From contig CP001576.1 in the NCBI GenBank assembly GCA_000090985.2, positions 1,016,155 through 1,048,154 of the forward strand: a DNA stretch of 32,000 nt, given 5' to 3'. This document shows, one piece after another, positions 17,802-24,829 of the stretch. Under the pieces are notes generated by a model. It saw only the letters and a program-made list of their open reading frames with translations, had not been told where the DNA came from and made no database searches. Position 1 is the first letter of the stretch. Every line of letters starts with the position of its first letter. The DNA comes from Micromonas sp. Its lineage: Eukaryota. The position numbers and the translations under genes were made by a program.

Positions 17802-18407
17802 TTAGGTCCTGTTCGAGCTCATGTCCCCTTTGGTTCCCGGCGCCGACCACACGTCCCAGTCGTAGTTCTCCTGAAGCTCCCTCTGCCTGTCCTCCTCTCG
17901 CTTCAGCTCGAGGAACTCCAGCGAGGGCTTGGGGTGGTCCTTACCCCCCTCCAGCTCGTAGAAGTCCTTCACCTTGGGGATGTGCTCCGGGACGATGACT
18001 TTGCCGCGGTAGCCGGTGTCCGCGCCGAGCTTCTCGAGCATCTCGATGGCATCCGGGTCTCGGGTGTTCCACGCCCACACCCACGCGCTGTCGCCCGCGT
18101 TGTTGGTGGCGTTGATCTTGGCGCCTTTCGTGACGAGCATCTCGATGCCCTGGCACCAGCCCTCGTACGCGGCGAAGTGCAGCGGGGTGTTTCCCGCGCC
18201 CTCCACCTCGTTGACGTCCTGGCCATCCGCGAGGAGCTTGAGACAGAGTTCCATGTCTCGGTTCATGACGGCGTGGTGAAGTTTCATCGGTCCGACGAGG
18301 CCGCGGCCGCGCATGCTGCCGCCGCCGTCGGGCTTGACGCCGACGCATCCGTACCTCTCCGGGAACGGGCCCTCCACGCGGGTGTACCACGGGTTGCGCT
18401 CGACCAT
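17802..18407 (-). CDS. Small ankyrin-repeat protein
   Basis: ATG at 18407. The ANK repeats are MKLHHAVMNRDMELCLKLLADGQDVN and GNTPLHFAAYEGWCQGIEMLVTKGAKINATNNAGDSA. The upstream ATG at 18465 is out of frame. Confidence 0.85.
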   Translation of the reverse strand: MVERNPWYTRVEGPFPERYGCVGVKPDGGGSMRGRGLVGPMKLHHAVMNRDMELCLKLLADGQDVNEVEGAGNTPLHFAAYEGWCQGIEMLVTKGAKINATNNAGDSAWVWAWNTRDPDAIEMLEKLGADTGYRGKVIVPEHIPKVKDFYELEGGKDHPKPSLEFLELKREEDRQRELQENYDWDVWSAPGTKGDMSSNRT

Positions 18408-18831
18408 CGGCGCTGCGCTCGGTGCGGGTGGGTGCGGCCTGCGCGCGATGTTCGAGACGCGACATGGGGGAGATCTCGTTCAGTCGAATGAATCCTTTCG
18501 GGCACGGGGGGGTATCGGTCGTGACGGCGCGGCGCGCGGCGCGCGGAGGGATACGGACCGAGGACGGAACGACGCGGGTCGATCGAGGGGGGCGCGGCGG
18601 GGCTCACCTGGGACGCGCGTGCGGTGAAAGTGCGTCGCCGTCGACGGCGTCGGGGCTCCCAAAACGCTCACGCGAGGCGAGCGTTTTTGCCGGCGAGGCT
18701 AATCGCACGCGCCTTTTGGCCTCCCGTTGGTTCCTGAAGAGAGTTGCCAGATTTTGGTCACCGCGCGGTTGGCTGCCACCACACGGCACCTCGGGCGTCC
18801 GAGGTTGGCCCCAACCAGTGGCGCGCGGCGC

Positions 18832-20040
18832 ATGTCGGATCGCCCCGCGTATCACCTCGTCCCCGGGCGCGAGGACCCGCCGACGAACCACGATCCGCCG
18901 CCGATGAACCCGCCGCTCGGTCACCGCTCGAGCGACCACGTCGGCAGCGTCCGGCTCCTCGAAGCTCTGGGCGCCCCCTCCCGTCGCGACGATGGGGAGC
19001 CCGAGAAGGGCGCTTCGATCCTGTCCAGCTCGGGCGCGGGCGGGACGAATCGAAACGCGGAGCCCGCGATACTGTGGGGTATCCCGCTGCGATTCGCGGA
19101 CGAGCGCCGACTCGCGTACTTTTTGGGCGGCGGCGCCGTGGCGTGCTACCTGGCGTTCACGGCGACGCAGGAGGGGGTGTTCGCGTCGATGGGGGGCGCG
19201 CACGGCGGGATGGTGACGCTCGTGACCACGGCGGTGTACTGCTGCCTGGCGTTCGGCGAGCGCGTGCGAAGCGGAGAGACGCACCGGAAGGGAACGTGGA
19301 GGGACTACCTCATCCTCGCGGCGATGACGAGCGGGGGGATGTACGCCACGAACGCAGCGCTCGCGTACCTAAACTACACCACCCGCATCGTCGCCAAATC
19401 GTCCAAGGTGATCCCCACGATGCTGCTCGGGACGGTGATGCAGGGGCGGCGGTACAGCGCGTCGGAGTACCTCGCCGCGGGGATGCTCGTCCTCGGCATC
19501 GCCCTGTTCACCATGGGAGACGTGGACACGCTCCCGTCGTTCGAGGTTAAAGGGATCGTGCTCATAGCCGTCGCGCTGTGCCTGGACAGCGCGGCGGGAA
19601 ACTTCGAAGAGCGGAGGTTCTTCAACGTCCCGGACCCGGTGCACCACGCCGAGGTTGTGTACCACGCCAACCTGATCGGCATGGGGCTCACGTGCGTCGG
19701 GATGTGGCTCAGCGGCGAACTGTGGGTATCCGTCGCGTTTGTCGCCTCGAACGTGACGTCGACGCCGCTCATGGCCGTCGCCGCCGCGTTCGGCTACCTG
19801 AGCGTCAGCTTCATCTTACTCTTAATCCGGCACTACGGCGCCGCCAACACGGAGGTGGTGAAGAGCATGCGGAAGATGGTATCCATCGCGCTGTCCATGA
19901 CGCTGTACCCGAAGCCGTGGGACTGGAAGTACGGGGCGGGCGCGGCGAGCACCGTCGTGGGATTATACGCGCTGTACGCGATCAAGAGGAGAAAGTACTT
20001 GGCCGCGGGGCCGGGCGGCAGCATGGAGGCGGCCAAGTGA
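18832..20040 (+). CDS. Nucleotide-sugar/PAPS transporter, UAA (SLC35B-like) family
   Basis: Track ORF 18727..20040; the first ATG is at 18832. It is a multi-TM protein with UAA-family blocks: YLNYTTRIVAKSSKVIPTMLLG..RRYSASEYLAA, GNFEER, and NTEVVKSMRKMVSIALS. Confidence 0.85.
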   Translation: MSDRPAYHLVPGREDPPTNHDPPPMNPPLGHRSSDHVGSVRLLEALGAPSRRDDGEPEKGASILSSSGAGGTNRNAEPAILWGIPLRFADERRLAYFLGGGAVACYLAFTATQEGVFASMGGAHGGMVTLVTTAVYCCLAFGERVRSGETHRKGTWRDYLILAAMTSGGMYATNAALAYLNYTTRIVAKSSKVIPTMLLGTVMQGRRYSASEYLAAGMLVLGIALFTMGDVDTLPSFEVKGIVLIAVALCLDSAAGNFEERRFFNVPDPVHHAEVVYHANLIGMGLTCVGMWLSGELWVSVAFVASNVTSTPLMAVAAAFGYLSVSFILLLIRHYGAANTEVVKSMRKMVSIALSMTLYPKPWDWKYGAGAASTVVGLYALYAIKRRKYLAAGPGGSMEAAK

Positions 20041-20224
20041 CTTCGGTTCGCCTCTTCGAACCTAACTATGTCATGACCACGACTAATTAGCCGGTAGATT
20101 AATCGATGACGCGTCGATACGGATGGATTCACCCGCCTCTGCGACGTACGTCACGCGTCGGCGGACTCTTCTTCTTCCGATTGGAAGTTACGTTCAGCGT
20201 GCTTTGCTGATGTTAAAATTACGA

Positions 20225-22141
20225 TTACCAGACGCCCCGGAGCTCCGAGCCGGGCACGAACTCGTTGTGAAACCCGAAGGGCACGCGCACGGGCACGCGC
20301 ACCGTCGCGACCCGCGCGAGCCCCCCCGTGCGCTCGTCCCTGCCCAGCACTAAGAGCTCCGCCCTGTCCTCCGCGAGCACGTGCGTCAACACGAGCAGGT
20401 GCCCGTCGTCCTCGTCGTCGTCGTCGCCTTCTGATTTGCTTTTTTCCTTGTCGTTTGGAACGAACACGATGTCCCCGCACGCGCGCCCCTCGCCCAGCGC
20501 GAACTCGTGCACCTCGCCGGTGCGCAGGTCGTGCTTCAACACCCTGTCGAAGGAGGGAACGTCCATGCGGTCGACGGGTTCGGTTCCCGGTTTATACGCA
20601 ACCGTGTAACAAAAACGGTGCTCAAGTCCCACCTTTTTTGGGGACACGCACGGGAAATCGCTCGGCGTTTCGCACATCCGTTCGGAAGACACGAGCGTTT
20701 TCGAGTCGACGTCGACGACCCAGCGCCACAGCGTCGCGACGTCCCGCCCGTGCCCCACCGCGTTGGGGTGATTCGACGTATATTCACCGGCGAAACCGTA
20801 ATCAGACGTTCCGACGGCGTCCGCGTTGAAGAAGCTCACGTCGTCGCCGTACCCGCTGACGCCCCCCTCGAACCCCTTCGCCATTCCCAGCGCGTTCGTC
20901 GCGTCCGCCTTGCACACGTCGATGACGACGCGGTTGTTATTCGAACAACCCGGGTCGTCGAAGCAGTTCACGACGTGGTAACAGAAGCACGGCTCGCCGG
21001 TGTCGATCCAGACCACTTCTTCGGCTCCTTCGCCGAACCGCGGCATCACGCCGATCCTCGCGCTCTGATCCCCCTCGAACCCGAACGGCAGCCCGCCTTC
21101 CATCACCCTGGCAAGATCGAACACCAAAGGCGCGTCCAGGAGCACCGTGCGCGTCGCGGTGATGCCAACGTCGTGCTGCATGGACGGCCTCGCCACGGGC
21201 ACCGTCGTCCGATGGCTTCGAGCGCCGTTCGCATCGATCACCCCAACCGTGACGTCCGTCACGCCGTCGCCGTTCACGTCGATGAGGTTGTACCCGATGT
21301 ACACCATCTCGCCCGTGTTTGGGTCCGTCTTGCCGTGCGCGGTCATGTTATCGAGCCAGTAATCTTTGGTGTTGAATGTGTTACAAAAGTCGCACAACCC
21401 GAGCGTCTTCAAACTCGGGCCGAGCTCGAGCTCGTACGCGCTGCCGGACTCGTACGTGGCGAGCAGACGGCCGGCGTGGTACTTGACGCCGTTGTTGGCG
21501 GTGTTTTTGGATTGGATCACCCAGAACGGCGAGTCCGGGTCGCGCCATTTCGCAAGCTTCGCGAAAAGCCTCGGGACGAGGACGCTCCAAATCGGATTGA
21601 TGTCGCGGAGGCCCGTGTACAGCGCTTTCCCGCACTTTTCCTCCTGCGCGAACCCCCTGGTGCGAACGTACCGTCGCCCGTACGACGCGGACCCGTTCTT
21701 CGAAGTTCCGTCGCCGCTCGAGTTCAGGCGTATCCAGTGGACCATGCCGTCGCCGTCGAACCAGTGGTACCGCCTCGCGCCGAGCAAAGGTTCGTGCGCC
21801 GGGTTCGGGCCGTTGCGAAGGTACACGCCGTCCAGCCCCGGGGGCAGGACGCCGTCGACGACGAGGTCGTCGAGCGTGCATTCGCCCACGACGGGCGCGA
21901 AGTTGCCCCGGAGAGGGGGGTTGTCGCTTTCGGCCGCCCACGCGGGCGGCGCGGAGAGCTCTCGATGGAGTTTTTGTCGCGATGATGCGTCCGCCGCGCG
22001 ATCGACGTCGGCGAACGTCGCGGGTGACGTGGACGCACGCAGAGGGATCCGCGACGCCCCACGTCCGCGTCGGTGCGATGTAGATGGTCTAGTGGGGATC
22101 CCCCCCCGGACGGAGAGGGAGGGCGTCGCGCGGGCAGCCAT
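20225..22141 (-). CDS. Carotenoid cleavage dioxygenase (RPE65/CCD family)
   Basis: Track ORF 20225..22201 opens on GTG; the first ATG is at 22141 with a transit-like N-terminus. Motifs are LRGNFAPV, GVYLRNGPNP, and the four Fe-ligand His contexts HWFDGDGM, MTAHGKTDP, QHDVGITA and GFHNEFV. Confidence 0.9.
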   Translation of the reverse strand: MAARATPSLSVRGGIPTRPSTSHRRGRGASRIPLRASTSPATFADVDRAADASSRQKLHRELSAPPAWAAESDNPPLRGNFAPVVGECTLDDLVVDGVLPPGLDGVYLRNGPNPAHEPLLGARRYHWFDGDGMVHWIRLNSSGDGTSKNGSASYGRRYVRTRGFAQEEKCGKALYTGLRDINPIWSVLVPRLFAKLAKWRDPDSPFWVIQSKNTANNGVKYHAGRLLATYESGSAYELELGPSLKTLGLCDFCNTFNTKDYWLDNMTAHGKTDPNTGEMVYIGYNLIDVNGDGVTDVTVGVIDANGARSHRTTVPVARPSMQHDVGITATRTVLLDAPLVFDLARVMEGGLPFGFEGDQSARIGVMPRFGEGAEEVVWIDTGEPCFCYHVVNCFDDPGCSNNNRVVIDVCKADATNALGMAKGFEGGVSGYGDDVSFFNADAVGTSDYGFAGEYTSNHPNAVGHGRDVATLWRWVVDVDSKTLVSSERMCETPSDFPCVSPKKVGLEHRFCYTVAYKPGTEPVDRMDVPSFDRVLKHDLRTGEVHEFALGEGRACGDIVFVPNDKEKSKSEGDDDDEDDGHLLVLTHVLAEDRAELLVLGRDERTGGLARVATVRVPVRVPFGFHNEFVPGSELRGVW

Positions 22142-22403
22142 CGTCTGAGTGCCGACCAAATCGTCGGATGGAAGGAGACGAGCTGGACGAACGAGAGCCA
22201 CTCAGCGTGCTTAACGCTATTCGACGTCAGTGTATGGTACACAAATCTATGTCGTTCACACCGGACTTTCTCGATATTTAGCTAATACCCCTTCCGTGGT
22301 CTGCATGGCTTTCCATACGGGATGGTACATTTCTGATGAATGCATGAGTAGAAGTTCTCGAATGGTGCACTCTCGTTCATCACTTGGAGTTGGACAAAAA
22401 ACA

Positions 22404-23326
22404 TCACCCCGCGGCTGTCGCCGCCGCGGGTTTGACGACCCTCGATTTCCCCTTTGTCAGCGACATCGTCCGCTCGAGGATCCTGTCCACGCTGATCGTC
22501 GGCGCCGAGAAGTGTTTCACCTGGAGGAGGTTGGGAGGATTTATTAGGGACGTGTCCTCAGGTACGCCGACGACAGATGGTTGGTTGAGGGAAAATTACA
22601 ACGTTCACTCGCCTGCACTCGATGGTGCATCATGTGGTCCTCGGTGCTCACCGCCCACCACGGCAGCATCTTGCTGGTCTCCTGCGTGATGATGACATTA
22701 ATACCAGTATTAGTAGACGGATGATGGATGAAAGAAAGAGTGCTCATTCGTCAAAGTTGTTGTGGTAATACCTCGAGAGCGGGCGTGTGTATGAGCAGGT
22801 TGTTGACGGAGATGACCGCCACCGCCGTTAACAGCGCTCGCTCGTCCGGCGCGCACACCGCGCACCCCACCACGAACGGCAGCATGTACGCGTACGCGTA
22901 CTCGACGACGGACACCGCGTTCGCCGACGACGGCGTGACGTGCTTCGCGAACGCGTGGTGAAACTTGTGCGCCCAGTACATCTGCGGGCGGTGCATCTGC
23001 GAATGAGCGTAGTGGTAGCCCAACGCGTGTGTTACCACGAGGCCGAGCGCCGATGTGAATGAGCGAATGAGCGAGTACCCAGAATCTGGGTCGCTTTTGT
23101 ACACGAAGAATTCCGTGGCGAGCGCGTATGTTATCGGACCGATGGCGAGGTTGTTGACCAGGTTGGCGCGCAGGCACGCGCGGTAGAGCGAGGGGCCCTC
23201 TTTACTTTTCAGGAGCGACGCCACGGTCTTGGAGGCGCAGAAGAGCTCCAAAAAACCGGTGAGGGTGAGGGTGCACAGGGCGACCTGGAACCCCCGGGTT
23301 AACCCTGCAGATGATGAGGGATCCAT
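22404..23326 (-). CDS. Fatty acid hydroxylase superfamily (sterol-desaturase-like di-iron membrane oxidase), 3 exons
   Basis: Exon 1 is 23326..22772 (ATG 23326; His boxes HALGYHYAH and HKFHH; donor GAG|GTATTA). The first intron is 90 nt. Exon 2 is 22681..22619 (acceptor cacgcAG; ETSKMLPWWAVSTEDHMMHHR, the third His box; donor CGA|GTGCAG). The second intron is 98 nt. Exon 3 is 22520..22404 (acceptor ctccAG; VKHFSAPTISVDRILERT..*). All junctions are phase 0. Confidence 0.8.
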
Positions 23327-23491
23327 CCTGGGGGTTTTTGGATGGGGTGCCGCGGGGGTTGGCCGCGGGGGGTGGCCGCGGCCTTCCTGAATGAATGAAT
23401 GCGTTGGAAAACGCGCCAAAACGAAACAGCGGGGGCCAAAAGCTGACGCAGCATTTTCCTGGCATTATTTGCATTGAAGTAAATAAAACTC

Positions 23492-23551
23492 AACTCTGGC
23501 ACCACATGCAAACAGTATCGTTCCCCGACACCAAAAATTAAAAAAATTAAC
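23492..23551. repeat. Direct repeat A of the flank next to the tRNA (about 36 nt similar core plus A-runs)
   Basis: aactctggcaccacatgcaaacagtatcgttccccg..aaaaattaaaaaaatt aligns with aactccggcaccacaggcaaatagtctcgtttcccg..aaaaaaaaatgacgaaaaaa at 23714-23773. Confidence 0.8.
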
Positions 23552-23590
23552 CGTGCGACGCAACAGGACGTGCTTCTTTTTGTCTCGCGA

Positions 23591-23650
23591 AGCGGTGCAT
23601 CGACACCGCGAAATCGTCGCGAAGCGGCGTCGCGGTGTCGGTGCACCGCT
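23591..23650. repeat. 20-bp inverted repeat (19/20 complementary) with a 20-nt loop
   Basis: agcggtgcatcgacaccgcg (23591-23610) pairs with cgcggtgtcggtgcaccgct (23631-23650). There is also a direct repeat tcgcgaagcgg at 23585-23595 and 23617-23627. Confidence 0.9.
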
Positions 23651-23656
23651 GAGCGC

Positions 23657-23688
23657 TCGGCCAGGGAGGGAATCGGCCAGGGAGGGAG
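23657..23688. repeat. 16-nt tandem doublet tcggccagggagggaa / tcggccagggagggag
   Basis: Direct reading. Confidence 0.9.
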
Positions 23689-23713
23689 CACGTAAACATA
23701 AAAGGGGGGGAAA

Positions 23714-23773
23714 CAACTCCGGCACCACAGGCAAATAGTCTCGTTTCCCGAAAAAAAAATGACGAAAAAAGGT
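23714..23773. repeat. Direct repeat B (flank immediately 3' of tRNA-Gly on the minus strand)
   Basis: See repeat A at 23492-23551. Confidence 0.8.
23751..23770 (-). terminator. RNA polymerase III terminator T-runs downstream of tRNA-Gly
   Basis: On the minus strand a T6 run (plus A6, 23765-23770) starts 3 nt after the tRNA 3' end, followed by a T9 run (plus A9, 23751-23759). Confidence 0.75.
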
Positions 23774-23844
23774 TGCACCGACCGGGAATCGAACCCGGGT
23801 CTGTACCGTGGCAGGGTACTATTCTACCACTAGACCATCGGTGC
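23774..23844 (-). tRNA. tRNA-Gly: tRNA-Gly, anticodon GCC
   Basis: Minus strand reads GCACCGATGGTCTAGTGGTAGAATAGTACCCTGCCACGGTACAGACCCGGGTTCGATTCCCGGTCGGTGCA. The acceptor stem is 7 bp (GCACCGA/TCGGTGC), the anticodon stem is GTACC/GGTAC with loop CTGCCAC, and the T-arm is CCGGG-TTCGATT-CCCGG. It is near-identical to plant nuclear tRNA-Gly(GCC) as I remember it. Confidence 0.97.
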
Positions 23845-23976
23845 ATTTTGCTTTTGCTTTTGCTTTGAGCAAGTTTTCAAGTCATTTACTTGGTTTGGCA
23901 ATTTTTGGAGTGATAAACCGTCCAAAAAAACTTCCGTCTCGCGAAAAAACCGGGACGCACGCAGAGAGCGGCGCGT

Positions 23977-24084
23977 GCCGCGGCTGACGCCGCGGCTAAC
24001 GCCGCGGCTTGGCGCCGCGGCGTCTCAGCCGCGGTTGGAACTTCGACTGGCGCTTCGACTGATCAGCCGCGGCTGTCGCCGCGT
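23977..24084. repeat. Palindrome array 1: GCCGCGGC cores at 12-14 bp spacing
   Basis: Perfect GCCGCGGC at 23977, 23989, 24001, 24014 and 24066. Imperfect copies are at 24028 and 24078. Confidence 0.92.
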
Positions 24085-24217
24085 ACTCTAAACCCGAAAC
24101 CCAACAACCCCCCACGTTTTAGAGTGAAACTACTTTTTGAGTGTTTACCCTAAGTCCGAGCGTCCAGTTGAGCAAGCCTTTGCCTGACACTTACCTGTGC
24201 TGCGCGCTTCAACTGGC

Positions 24218-24324
24218 GCCGCGGCTGTCGCCGCGGCTGTCGCCGCGGCTGACGCCGCGGCTGACGCCGCGGCTTCACGCCGCGGCTTCACGCCGCGGCT
24301 TGGCGCCGTGGCCGTCGCCGCGCC
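24218..24324. repeat. Palindrome array 2: 12-13-nt minisatellite CGCCGCGGCTGN
   Basis: Perfect GCCGCGGC at 24218, 24230, 24242, 24254, 24266, 24279 and 24292. Degenerate copies are at 24305 and 24317. Both arrays are preceded by a cttcRactggcgc motif. Confidence 0.95.
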
Positions 24325-24829
24325 TGTACCCCTTCGCACGGCAAGCCGCGCATGTCCGCACATGTCGCTCGGATTCGTGCTCCGCAAAGAGCACGAGCTC
24401 GCCTTTCGGACCACGTACGAAGGATTTGTCAAATCTAGCCCCGCGTGTTTTGGCCGTCCCTGGCCTTGACGCGCGCGCGAAGAAGCGCAATAAGAGCGGC
24501 TTCGACCTGTTCGTTTTTCCTTCGAAACGGCCCCGCTCAAAAAATGTTGGCGCGGGGCGCGTAGAAGTTCCGGCACCTTTCGGCGCTGATATTCCCTTTT
24601 GCTCAATCGGGTCAAAGACAAATGTTCACTCCTCATCAGTCATTCGTCGCGCCGAACGAACCCCTCGTTTCGGCACGGAGGATCCGACCGAGGACAGGGT
24701 CCGAGGGTCGACGCACGTTTCGAAGCGCGACTCTGCTCATCAGCCTGGATTTCTCAGGGCACCTCCTGGTACACTAATCAATCCCGGGAGAATCCTCGGA
24801 ACAACAAGCAAGAATCCAGACGACAGACA

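Noticed and set aside
18408-18465. The upstream ATG at 18465 as the true start of the ankyrin gene.
   Set aside because: It is in a different frame from the ankyrin-repeat ORF, and I see no plausible splice donor/acceptor pair that links them. ATG 18407 is retained.
20041-20224. A SECIS element or selenoprotein signal in the convergent 3' spacer, which contains the palindromes GACGCGTC and GACGTACGTC. I also checked for in-frame TGA read-through elsewhere.
   Set aside because: No gene in the window needs an in-frame TGA to complete its domain structure, and the spacer lacks an AUGA..AA..GA SECIS core arrangement that I can recognise.
23547-23846. A 99-aa minus-strand ORF (MHRWSSGRIVPCHGTDPGSIPGR...).
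   Set aside because: Its N-terminus is simply the translation of tRNA-Gly(GCC) at 23774-23844, and the rest covers A/T-runs and hairpin repeats.
23977-24324. A CRISPR-like reading of the short-period repeat arrays (also 30892-31060).
   Set aside because: The periods are 12-14 nt with 4-5 nt of variable positions. There are no 25-40 nt unique spacers and no cas genes, and the context is eukaryotic. They are minisatellites.
24599-24829. 5' extensions of track ORFs that open on GTG/TTG/CTG. Examples are 24599 for the receptor, 2872 for the synthase, 12181 for the EXPERA-like gene, 22201 for the CCD, 23419 for the hydroxylase-family gene, 29487 for Whirly, 5433 for dCMP deaminase and 18727 for the transporter.
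   Set aside because: The ORF track uses alternative start codons, whereas eukaryotic nuclear genes normally start at ATG. In each case the first in-frame ATG gives a sensible N-terminus (a signal or transit peptide), so I used it. The start positions remain the least certain coordinates.
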